32,000 nt of DNA, from contig NZ_CP064923.1 of NCBI RefSeq assembly GCF_018336915.1, positions 4,200,001 to 4,232,000 on the forward strand, read 5' to 3'. Each line of letters opens with the position of its first letter. Position 1 is the stretch's first letter. Shown piece after piece: positions 1-8,355 of this stretch. The position numbers were made by a program, and so were the translations under genes. Source of the stretch: Acaryochloris marina S15. Lineage in GTDB: Bacteria > Cyanobacteriota > Cyanobacteriia > Thermosynechococcales > Thermosynechococcaceae. Under the pieces are notes generated by a model. That model made no database searches. It was not told where the DNA came from and worked only from the letters and a program-made list of their open reading frames with translations.

Positions 1-149
1 AAGCCTTGGCGTTGAAATCCATGGGCAGCCCCACCCGGAATCGCATGGCTCTCACAAATCAATACCCGTTTACCGTATCGGGCCAACAAACTGCCAGCAA
101 TCAGCCCCCCAATACCGCTACCAATCACGAGGACGTCATAATCTGCCAT
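1..149 (-). CDS. FAD/NAD(P)-binding oxidoreductase (phytoene-desaturase/CrtISO-like superfamily). Only the N-terminal fragment is present; the gene runs off the window start.
   Basis: Hand translation of the reverse strand from ATG at 149-147 gives MADYDVLVIGSGIGGLIAGSLLARYGKRVLICESHAIPGGAAHGFQRQG. This has a GxGxxG Rossmann motif and resembles the N-terminus of the crtH product in this window. It is absent from the ORF track because the window edge truncates it. Confidence 0.7.
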   Translation of the reverse strand, partial: MADYDVLVIGSGIGGLIAGSLLARYGKRVLICESHAIPGGAAHGFQRQG

Positions 150-203
150 TGTTGCTAGTAAGGCCTTAGGGTTGTCTCATTCAAATGCTAACGCCAGAAC
201 GGG

Positions 204-1883
204 TTAAGGGGTTAATCCTTTGCCAATCGAGACCCTAACATTTGGGCTTTCAGTCCCACCAGAATTCAAAGTCGTCTGAATACTCGCCGTAGGCAGTCTA
301 TCCGCAACATATTGTTCCACCGCAGTTGCCCGACTTTTCAACAAAGCCAAAGCTCTAGCACTACTGGCATCCACAAAGGTGGCATTAATTCGCACCGTGT
401 CGTTGGGATTGGCTGTATCCAAAACCTGATCCAATGCCTTTTTGGCTGGATCATTCAGTTGAGCTGCCCCCACTTCAAACTGAATAGCAATGGTTGTTTG
501 CGTTGTGGCCGTTGCCTTTGCCTGGGTCTTTTCAGCCGGAGCAGAGGGTGCAGAGTTAGGCTTAGGTGCAATCGGTGGAGCAGTTGCTTGGGATGCGGGA
601 CAGCTAGCAGCCGCATCTGACGTTGCGAGTTCAGCCACAAAGCGGCCATCATAAAGCTGATCCACGCTATTTGGCGTTGCAGTCAGACGACCACTGCCGT
701 ATAGCACCTGTTTCGTGTAATTGAGACGCTGACGAAGCAACTTCGTCGGGCCATTCATCCAATGATTGGCACAGTTGATCTCAAAAAAGTACACGCCTTG
801 CAAAAAGTTCAAGGATTCTGATGAAGTCAATCCCCCTAAATTCTCAAACTGCTGTCGCCAAGCCGTTTTATCAATGGAACGTCGCGAAATATGCTCGTAG
901 TAGGCATTTACAAACTGTTGAACTTTACCAGGGTGATCCGCTAGGACTTGGGGAGACGCCACCACCACATCAACAATCGATCGTTGAACATGGGCAGAAG
1001 ATAGAGAAGGAATATATCCAGCTCGACTCGCCTGAGTCACATAAGGCTCCCAAAAAATTCCAGCGACGATATTTTCTCCAGGTTGAGGATTCTGAAACCG
1101 CTGCCATGCCGTCGATGAATCATCCACACGAATGATGTTGAATTTTTCCAACGCAAACTCTGGAGACTTATCCGCCAACAGAATACTGAGATATTCGCTA
1201 GGCGTATTGCCCGCAAAAATAATGGATAGGAGTTCTCCCTGCTGTGCAGCTTGGGTGGCCGCACGATTCAACCCTTGAATCGTAGTGACTTGGGGAAATT
1301 GCTTGTTATTGAGGACAAGACGATCGGCTCCACGGGTCCAATCCCACATGGCAATGATTTTGCCCGTACTGGGGGTCTCAAACAGTTGATTAATGGTCGT
1401 CACCATAAAATCAACTTCGCCGCTGGAGAGCTTTTGGGCTCGCGTTTTCTGATCTAGCTCATCCGAATATCCGATGGTAATTTCAGCATCTTTGAGCTTT
1501 TTCTGGAAGTCCTGATCCCAAAGGGTACTGTAGCCTAAGAACGTATCGCCTAAGACCTCGATATTCGCAGGGCCAGGACTGACAACTGGCTCAGTTGCTC
1601 GCTTCCAAGGACTGATCAATGCAATCGCAGCACTTACCGCCCCGGCAAAGAGTAAAAAACTCAGGAGAACCGTTGTTTTCTTGTTCGGTCGCTTAGTTTT
1701 GTCGTCAGATGGCAAAGTATTTTGAGGTTGAGTAATACGTTTATGTTTAGGCTTGTCGTACAGTGGCGCTCCACAAACAATGCACTTTGTCATGTGCATT
1801 CGTGTCACAAAGTCGCATTGCCAGCAGTACTTGCGCTCACCTTCGTCGCCAGCTTTTCTTTCAACGTCTAGTTCAGTCGCCAA
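204..1883 (-). CDS. Membrane-anchored multidomain protein: N-terminal CxxC-x10-CxxC zinc ribbon, one TM helix, periplasmic NMT1/TauA-like substrate-binding fold, Pro/Ala linker, and a degenerate OmpA-like C-terminal domain.
   Basis: 559-aa ORF. C20-W-Q-C23...C34-I-V-C37, then the hydrophobic stretch TTVLLSFLLFAGAVSAAIALI. The body is type-2 periplasmic-binding-protein-like (GEVDFMVTT..., GADRLVL..., FWEPY). The linker is APPIAPKPNSAPSAPAEK. The C-terminal tail ...LLKSRATAVEQYVADRL is like the OmpA_C motif LSxxRAxAVxxYL. The start codon is TTG, preceded by GAGGGG 8 nt upstream. The first in-frame ATG would cut the zinc ribbon. Confidence 0.7.
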   Translation of the reverse strand: MATELDVERKAGDEGERKYCWQCDFVTRMHMTKCIVCGAPLYDKPKHKRITQPQNTLPSDDKTKRPNKKTTVLLSFLLFAGAVSAAIALISPWKRATEPVVSPGPANIEVLGDTFLGYSTLWDQDFQKKLKDAEITIGYSDELDQKTRAQKLSSGEVDFMVTTINQLFETPSTGKIIAMWDWTRGADRLVLNNKQFPQVTTIQGLNRAATQAAQQGELLSIIFAGNTPSEYLSILLADKSPEFALEKFNIIRVDDSSTAWQRFQNPQPGENIVAGIFWEPYVTQASRAGYIPSLSSAHVQRSIVDVVVASPQVLADHPGKVQQFVNAYYEHISRRSIDKTAWRQQFENLGGLTSSESLNFLQGVYFFEINCANHWMNGPTKLLRQRLNYTKQVLYGSGRLTATPNSVDQLYDGRFVAELATSDAAASCPASQATAPPIAPKPNSAPSAPAEKTQAKATATTQTTIAIQFEVGAAQLNDPAKKALDQVLDTANPNDTVRINATFVDASSARALALLKSRATAVEQYVADRLPTASIQTTLNSGGTESPNVRVSIGKGLTP

Positions 1884-2617
1884 TCGAATGTCCCCTCACC
1901 ATTCATCGTTTCCATTATATAGACATAATAAGCTGTAAGTCCCCATTCAAGGACTCTAGGGTGCGAACCACCCAATAAATGAGGCGAGAGCTGGCTATTT
2001 AGCCCTATTATCATCCAGCGGCCAAATAATAGCTGTTACAGGTGAACAGTTTTACCATGCAATGATTGGGCTTTATGAGGGGACAGTCATACTCAAGAAA
2101 AGCCCCTTTGATCCCTCTAGTCGATAGCGCATCTTTATCAGTCAACAAAAATATTGTGGCGTGTCAAAGACGGAACTCCAGTAGGAGGCTATCTCAATGA
2201 TGCATTAGAGAATGTAGCTCCCATTGAGCATGAGGAGTGAAAGGTCAATGGTGCATTTCTAATTCCCATCCTAATGATGGCGGCTGCATGAAAATCAGCC
2301 CGGGAGTTTTTTAACAAGGCATATCCTAGGTATCTACCCCTGAGCTAGGCAATAACTCCAGGCCAACTACCTCTCCCCGATTTAACCGGAAGGTCTGAGG
2401 CTAATTATCACGGGAGTGAGGAATCGCGAAAGTACAGACATTCTCTGAATTTCGGAGAGAATCATCAAAAAATCATGTCACGAACATTTGTAGCCGTTTC
2501 AAAGTTTGCGATCACATCTAAGCATCACTGCTAGCCTATTCACCAATGCCATCACATTCTTTTCTATAAACTGCCAGACGTTGAAATAGCAGGATTAATA
2601 CTCAGTTTATGGAAGCA

Positions 2618-4009
2618 TTAAATATTGATGCTCATCATAATATCTTCAACGGGCAAACCAGGAGAAATCACGTCACGTCGGGCCCAAATTAAATCTTTTA
2701 GTGGACCTGGCCCCGCTTCTAGTATCGGGTTATAGCGAACATTCGACAGAGTCCATAGCAAAGAAGCTTGCTTAGCTTCACGTGTTGCAACTTGAACAGG
2801 GTCGTAATGTGGACTCTGACTATCCCATAGACCAATGACTGCATAATCTACATCTCCACCATCTTCATACTGCTTGTTATTAACCCAAGAATGAAAGAAA
2901 GAGCTGATATAGATCACATAAACACAAAGCTGAGCCAAATCTTCCAAACCGAGAATATCTAATTTTCCTAATTCAGGTTTGAGAATGGCATGGGAGCTTA
3001 GATCCTTCGACATATCTTGAATTTCATTCCAACAAGCCTCAATACCTGTTCTATGGTGACTAATAAATCCATCGACATATTCGGTTAACAGTTCCCACAT
3101 TGCGATCGCAGCTGGATCAAAGTAGTTGTTAGCCACAAAATCAGGGAGTTTCTGTACAGAAGGATTCCAATTCCGGTAAGTTAGATGTCTGATTTCTTCT
3201 TCAATTAGGTCATTGATACTGGCAGGCTCAAGCGCTGAAGCCTCAGGGATAAAACCTTTATCCCCAATAATCAGAGAAGCTCCTAGCTTATTGATATTGA
3301 TTAGCCCTTCTAAATGAGGTTCTAATAATTCCTTAATAGGATTATTCACCACATTTCGATAGTATGCCATTGCATACTGGTCCATATTCATATGGGTTCT
3401 TGCCAGGTGCGACTGGCTTTCTTGAAGAACAAACTCTGCACAACGAAAAAGACGTTTTGTCTGTTCCCATTCTTCATCTCCCGGTGTTTGAATTGTAGGT
3501 TTACCATTCATAGTAAATTCAATGGAATGAACATTGAGTTTTTGTGCATTCAGACAAAAACGAGCCTCTATAATCTTAGGTAAAATACCCGCTGGCTCCA
3601 CCTGATACTTGCTACAGTCGTATCGCACGGCATACTGCCATGGCTTATTCTGGACTTTATTTAGCTTGCCTGGGTTGAAACCATTTAGGCGTCTTTCCAC
3701 AAAGAATTCATCACTAAATTTATCCGGATGCAAGCGAGTCAAATTGGGTGGCATAAATGCCGTTACGTCTTTATCCATCAATCCTAATGAGCCTTGAATA
3801 CCAAGAAGAATCTGGCCCGGTTGCAAAGAACCTGGTTCAGTCCCTTCTTTCGGTGGCATTGGCGGAAAAGGCTGAGCTGGTAGTAGAAGAAGACCCAAAT
3901 TTGCAAGATAGCGACGAGTTGGCTTCACATGATCAGGCAAGGGGCTAGCTGGGTCGAATTTCGCTATTCCAGGACCCGGTGCATAAGGGAAGAGATTCTC
4001 AGTAGACAT
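2618..4009 (-). CDS. Lipoxygenase, catalytic domain only (a 'mini-LOX'; no PLAT/beta-barrel domain, no signal peptide).
   Basis: 463-aa ORF with ATG start. It carries the LOX iron-ligand pattern: H201-LART-H206 (SQSHLARTHMNMDQY), H373-SWV-N377 (FFHSWVNNKQY), and a C-terminal Ile463 (...MMSINI-stop) as the carboxylate ligand. I checked the codons against the DNA (cat at 2893-2891, aat at 2881-2879, att at 2623-2621). Confidence 0.85.
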   Translation of the reverse strand: MSTENLFPYAPGPGIAKFDPASPLPDHVKPTRRYLANLGLLLLPAQPFPPMPPKEGTEPGSLQPGQILLGIQGSLGLMDKDVTAFMPPNLTRLHPDKFSDEFFVERRLNGFNPGKLNKVQNKPWQYAVRYDCSKYQVEPAGILPKIIEARFCLNAQKLNVHSIEFTMNGKPTIQTPGDEEWEQTKRLFRCAEFVLQESQSHLARTHMNMDQYAMAYYRNVVNNPIKELLEPHLEGLININKLGASLIIGDKGFIPEASALEPASINDLIEEEIRHLTYRNWNPSVQKLPDFVANNYFDPAAIAMWELLTEYVDGFISHHRTGIEACWNEIQDMSKDLSSHAILKPELGKLDILGLEDLAQLCVYVIYISSFFHSWVNNKQYEDGGDVDYAVIGLWDSQSPHYDPVQVATREAKQASLLWTLSNVRYNPILEAGPGPLKDLIWARRDVISPGLPVEDIMMSINI

Positions 4010-4459
4010 AAGCAGAATGGCAAGACTATTGCTAGTTAAGGGACATATATTGTTCTCTGAGGCATCGATAAATTTTACGCAGAGATCAATAAAAAATCAC
4101 CCCATTCTTAGCTATTTACTATTTATAGGCTGAAATTATTTCAACTTAAATATATTTAAATATTTTCTAGTTTCTTTAGATTAATTTTTTTTATTCTCAT
4201 CTTCCAAAACTTGTGTTTACAAGAAAAAGCATTCTCTAGAGGCCATAAGAGATTCGTTGCTTTTTTGTTTATGAAATTTTGTATCAACAAGCATAACTCT
4301 TTTGGCAATAGGCCGATAGATATATAGACAGATAAAGTCAAATATTTAATTGACTTTATTCCAAATACCAAAAAATTGAGTTCGGTAATTCCTGATCAAA
4401 GGCATTCAAAAAATAAACAAAAGCGGCCACTAATCAAGAATAATAAAAACAAGAATTAA

Positions 4460-5791
4460 ATGAATATAATACTTAGATTTTTAGGATTTATCCTGGTATT
4501 CATTGGGTTTACTTTTAGTCTGATGATACCTATTGCTCCCTCTATAGCTGATGCACTTACCTTGGATGTTAATGATGTCTCCTTCCTGTGGCCAATACCC
4601 ACCACTCAACAGGACGTGACAAAACTGATTTCCGTGGGAGAAGAAACTTTAGCTGGCGACAAAATATGGCCACAACAAGTATTTGATTCTGTCATTAACC
4701 AAGCACAAACGGTTAAAGTCTCAAACAATACTATTAACTTTGGTCGCACCTTCGCACCTCAGCTCAAGCAGATAGATACCTGGAAAGTGGTAGGGGTCAG
4801 GGTAGATCCATGCGCACCCGGTACGGACAAAGCCATTAATCAGGTCTTTGGTTGTGCACCACAAATTCGTGTGGTTGCTCAGCCCGTAACTGTCAGCGCC
4901 GCTGGACCTAAGATCCATGATTTGACAGCGCATTTAGTGTTCAGATACCTCCAAGGGGTGGATACACCAGCTATCCCCAATGGACCACCCAAAGCCATAC
5001 CTGATGAACGTAAATTTCGCGAAATCGTTAATGATTTACAGACCTTAAAGGCAGACCTCCAGTCAGTTGGAATTGAAACCAGCGGGAATTTAAGTATTCA
5101 TCCCGGCCTTAAAGCCCAACAAACTAGTTTTGAAGAAAGTTTAAAGCAATTTCTGCAAAAACACCTTTCAGAGCAACAACTAGGAGGGGTTGCATTTATG
5201 GGGCTAGATGGAACCAAAGAACCCTGGATATTCTTTGCCATGTCTAGACAACCAGATGGCACCTTTGTGCAACAGGCTTTCCCAACACTTGGAGGACAGA
5301 ATGCCCAAATGATCACTGGGACAAGCTTTGGTCAACGCATAATTCCAACCCCCACTCCAACCAATATCGATCAAAACCAAGGGGTCAGTACAGCGATGTT
5401 GCTAGGACCAACAACTACAGCCCGATGGAGGAACTCAGTTGTTCAAGGCAGTCCAACCCCACAGGTACAGGATATTCCTGACATCATTGCTAATCCTCAG
5501 AAATCCCACTTTTTCAATACGGATTGCGTCAGTTGTCATACAGAAAGTGTTTTTCGTAGCCGACTGACAAAATCTAGAAATGGAGCTTTCAGCTACAAGC
5601 TACCCACTAATATTTCTGGTGTTGATCCATCCCTACTACCTAAAAGTGGATGGAATGTCAGGAGTTTTGGGTGGTTCCCTCCAGCCAGTCCTACGAGAAA
5701 AGCAATTCCAACGATTTCAATGAGAACGGCTAACGAAGCTGCTGAATCCGTAGAGTTTATCAATCGAGAATATCTGGGTAAAACAGACTGA
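4460..5791 (+). CDS. Secreted protein of unknown function with a single c-type heme attachment motif (CXXCH) near the C-terminus.
   Basis: 443-aa ORF with ATG start. N-terminal signal peptide MNIILRFLGFILVFIGFTFSLMIPIAPSIADA/LT. C356-V-S-C359-H360 is encoded at 5525-5539 within HFFNTDCVSCHTES. There is a possible distal Met421. I recognise no other family signature. Confidence 0.65.
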   Translation: MNIILRFLGFILVFIGFTFSLMIPIAPSIADALTLDVNDVSFLWPIPTTQQDVTKLISVGEETLAGDKIWPQQVFDSVINQAQTVKVSNNTINFGRTFAPQLKQIDTWKVVGVRVDPCAPGTDKAINQVFGCAPQIRVVAQPVTVSAAGPKIHDLTAHLVFRYLQGVDTPAIPNGPPKAIPDERKFREIVNDLQTLKADLQSVGIETSGNLSIHPGLKAQQTSFEESLKQFLQKHLSEQQLGGVAFMGLDGTKEPWIFFAMSRQPDGTFVQQAFPTLGGQNAQMITGTSFGQRIIPTPTPTNIDQNQGVSTAMLLGPTTTARWRNSVVQGSPTPQVQDIPDIIANPQKSHFFNTDCVSCHTESVFRSRLTKSRNGAFSYKLPTNISGVDPSLLPKSGWNVRSFGWFPPASPTRKAIPTISMRTANEAAESVEFINREYLGKTD

Positions 5792-5910
5792 ACCCTTTAG
5801 TTTTTCAAGCATAGATTCTACAAGCTTCAATAAAGAAGTGAGCATGTTATTTCTCGCTAGACCAGTGACATACTTTCTTCTTGATTACTTCGTTCAATAA
5901 ATCTTGATTG

Positions 5911-6975
5911 CTATGCCAACCGCAGTTGCGATTGCACATCAAACCAATGCAGTTGATTGGTGGGTAATGCCACCGAAATGGTTTCTCCTGACCAAGTTTG
6001 GTCGGTGGGTAACAAAGCCCGTATCGTCTCTTCAGTGCCCTGGACTTTAATGCTCAAGAGATTACTCATTCCCAAGTTTTCTACCAGATAGACTTGTCCC
6101 GTGACCGTAGTGGTATCACCCGGTGTAGCCAGTCGGGTATGTTCAGGCCGAATACCTAACACAATCTCTCTTAGATTTCCGACTCCGCTGGGTAGCGGGA
6201 TGCGAGTATCTCCTAGCATGGCCGATTGATTCTCACATCTGAGGGTTAAGAGATTCATCTGAGGGCTGCCAATAAACCCAGCCACGAACTGGTTGGCAGG
6301 GTGAGAATAAATTTTTTGGGGTGGATCGAGCTGCTGTAAATCACCCTGATAGAGCACTGCCACCTTGGTGGATAGGGTCATGGCTTCTGTCTGATCGTGG
6401 GTGACGTAGACGACGGGAGCATTTTGCTTCTCAAATAACTGCTTAAGTTCTGCCCGCACCTGCTCTCGCAGCAGAGCATCCAGATTACTTAAGGGTTCAT
6501 CTAACAAAAACACTGCAGGATTGCGAACTAAGGCGCGACCTAGGGCCACCCGCTGTCGTTGTCCCCCCGAGAGTTGTCCGGGTTTACGCCGCATTAAGTC
6601 ATCGAGGTTGAGGACGCGGCTAGCTTCAGCCACCCGCTGCTGAATATCATTGCTAGACATTTTGCGCAGCTTCAACCCTGACGCAATATTGTCGTAGACA
6701 TTCATATGGGGATAGAGCGCATAGCTTTGAAACACCATGGCAATATCTCGGTCCCCGGCACTCTTATGAGTAACCACATCAGGTCCAATCACCACATCCC
6801 CTCGGGTGGGTTGTTCCAACCCCGCAATCAGGCGCAGAGTAGTAGATTTGCCACAGCCAGAAGGGCCTAGCAATGTCAAGAACTCACCATCCTCTACAGC
6901 TAGGCTGAGGTCCTTAACGGGAACAACTTTGGGGTTGTAGGTTTTATTGAGGTGTTTGATCTCAAGTTTTGCCAT
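5911..6975 (-). CDS. ABC transporter ATP-binding protein, MalK/UgpC/MsiK-like (carbohydrate-type importer ATPase with a C-terminal regulatory/TOBE-like domain).
   Basis: Walker A GPSGCGKST, Q-loop, signature LSGGQRQRV, Walker B FLLDEPLSNLD, and H-loop VTHD. The 354-aa length is typical of MalK-like ATPases. There is no adjacent permease or binding-protein gene. Confidence 0.9.
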   Translation of the reverse strand: MAKLEIKHLNKTYNPKVVPVKDLSLAVEDGEFLTLLGPSGCGKSTTLRLIAGLEQPTRGDVVIGPDVVTHKSAGDRDIAMVFQSYALYPHMNVYDNIASGLKLRKMSSNDIQQRVAEASRVLNLDDLMRRKPGQLSGGQRQRVALGRALVRNPAVFLLDEPLSNLDALLREQVRAELKQLFEKQNAPVVYVTHDQTEAMTLSTKVAVLYQGDLQQLDPPQKIYSHPANQFVAGFIGSPQMNLLTLRCENQSAMLGDTRIPLPSGVGNLREIVLGIRPEHTRLATPGDTTTVTGQVYLVENLGMSNLLSIKVQGTEETIRALLPTDQTWSGETISVALPTNQLHWFDVQSQLRLA

Positions 6976-7007
6976 AGTGCAGAGGGAGATTGAGGTTTTG
7001 TAAAAGG

Positions 7008-7523
7008 CTAACGCTGGCCTAAGAAGTTTCCGGCTAAGCGCAGGGCATCGGCAACATCGACATCACCGTCCCCATCACTGTCTAAAAACTGATTTAAGAC
7101 GGGATTAGAACCCTGGTTTGGATTAGCTTGGGAAGAACCGCTATGAAGCAAATTCAACACGATGGGAACGAGTACAGGCAAAAGTCCTTGAATAACGCTG
7201 CTACTTAAACCCGTCCGCTGAGAAATTTCTTGGGCAATTTGCTGTTGTTGCCCGCCAGAAAACAGGGCATTGACCGCAGCCCCGTTGGCATTAGTACCAC
7301 CGTATTGATTGACGAGAGCTTGGGCTTGGTCTGCGGACTGAGACTTTAAGGCAGAACGGACATGATTGCCCAGCAAAGACATCACTACTTCAGTGGAGCT
7401 ATTGTTCATGCCTGGTTGCTGGCTGAGCTGCTGCACTGTATTCAGGATATTGCCCAATTGGCCGGTATTGGCTTGTAACGCTGGGTTATCAATAGCGCTA
7501 ACGATTTGATCAAAGAGTCCCAT
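7008..7523 (-). CDS. DUF937-like protein with a C-terminal acidic DxDxDG-type (EF-hand/dockerin-like) motif.
   Basis: 171-aa ORF. The N-terminus MGLFDQIVSAIDNP... and the Q/N/G-rich body resemble DUF937-family proteins. The C-terminal motif is DSDGDGDVDVADAL. A 32-nt gap to the downstream ABC ATPase suggests co-transcription. Confidence 0.55.
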   Translation of the reverse strand: MGLFDQIVSAIDNPALQANTGQLGNILNTVQQLSQQPGMNNSSTEVVMSLLGNHVRSALKSQSADQAQALVNQYGGTNANGAAVNALFSGGQQQQIAQEISQRTGLSSSVIQGLLPVLVPIVLNLLHSGSSQANPNQGSNPVLNQFLDSDGDGDVDVADALRLAGNFLGQR

Positions 7524-7680
7524 AGGAATTTGTCGGCTTAAGGTGAGGATCAGACTGCAGCATCATACTCCAGTCCCGAAGATCGATAACTGAGCCTCAT
7601 CCTAAGGGGTGAGCAATCACGGGATCAAGTTAAGGGCATATCCCTTCATTGGACTTTACGTTTACAAGAGCAATGGTGAC

Positions 7681-8355
7681 TCACTCTCTCATCACGTAGC
7701 CAACGCCCCGGACCGTCTGAATCAACCGCTTTTCCTGGTTCTCTTCGAGCTTAAGGCGAAGGTAGCGAATGTAAACTTCGATGATATTGGAATCACCCAT
7801 AAAGTCATACCCCCAGACCTGTTCTAGGATGCGATCTCGGGTCAATACCTGGCGCGGATGCATCATCAAATACACCAGCAAATCAAACTCTTTGGCGGTT
7901 AATTCAATCGACCGCTCCCCTCGAAAGATCTCACGGGTCCGCTGATTGAGGGACAGGTTGGAAAATTCTAGGACATCTGGATCTTCTTCTTGGGTCCGCC
8001 GTAAATGGGCACGAACTCTAGCTAACAGCTCCTCAATGCTAAAGGGCTTCACCATATAGTCATCCGCCCCGGCATCCAACCCTTCGACCCGATCGCTAAT
8101 TTCATCTTTGGCGGTCAATAAAATAACGGGCACCTTATCCCCGGTCGCCCGCAGACGGCGACAGACTTCAACGCCAGAGAACCCTGGCAACATCCAGTCC
8201 AGGAGAATCAAATCCGGTTGGGACTCCCGAGCTGCCGTGAGTCCCCCAATCCCATCATTGGCTACGGTAACCTGATACCCCTCATGGGTCAGTTCCATCT
8301 CAACAAATTGAGCCAATTTGGTTTCGTCTTCAACCAGGAGAATATGTGCTGTCAT
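7681..8355 (-). CDS. OmpR-family DNA-binding response regulator.
   Basis: REC domain (LLVEDE..., DLILLDWMLPG with the phospho-accepting Asp, KPF) plus a winged-helix Trans_reg_C domain (LTAKEFDLLVYLM..., IQTVRGVGY). Its ATG overlaps the upstream kinase stop (ATGA, 8352-8355). Confidence 0.92.
   Translation of the reverse strand: MTAHILLVEDETKLAQFVEMELTHEGYQVTVANDGIGGLTAARESQPDLILLDWMLPGFSGVEVCRRLRATGDKVPVILLTAKDEISDRVEGLDAGADDYMVKPFSIEELLARVRAHLRRTQEEDPDVLEFSNLSLNQRTREIFRGERSIELTAKEFDLLVYLMMHPRQVLTRDRILEQVWGYDFMGDSNIIEVYIRYLRLKLEENQEKRLIQTVRGVGYVMRE

Noticed and set aside
312-1978. Several 60-104-aa ORFs (312-620+, 455-652-, 821-1135+, 1037-1264-, 1251-1457+, 1753-1938+, 1763-1978+) that overlap the 559-aa gene.
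   Set aside because: They lie antisense or out of frame inside a long ORF with coherent domain structure. Their products are low-complexity or Cys/Arg-rich, which is typical of shadow ORFs.
4156-4371. A 71-aa minus-strand ORF in the LOX / CXXCH-protein intergenic region.
   Set aside because: The K/I/N/L-rich translation is what very AT-rich DNA yields by chance. It has no Shine-Dalgarno sequence and sits in the probable divergent promoter region.
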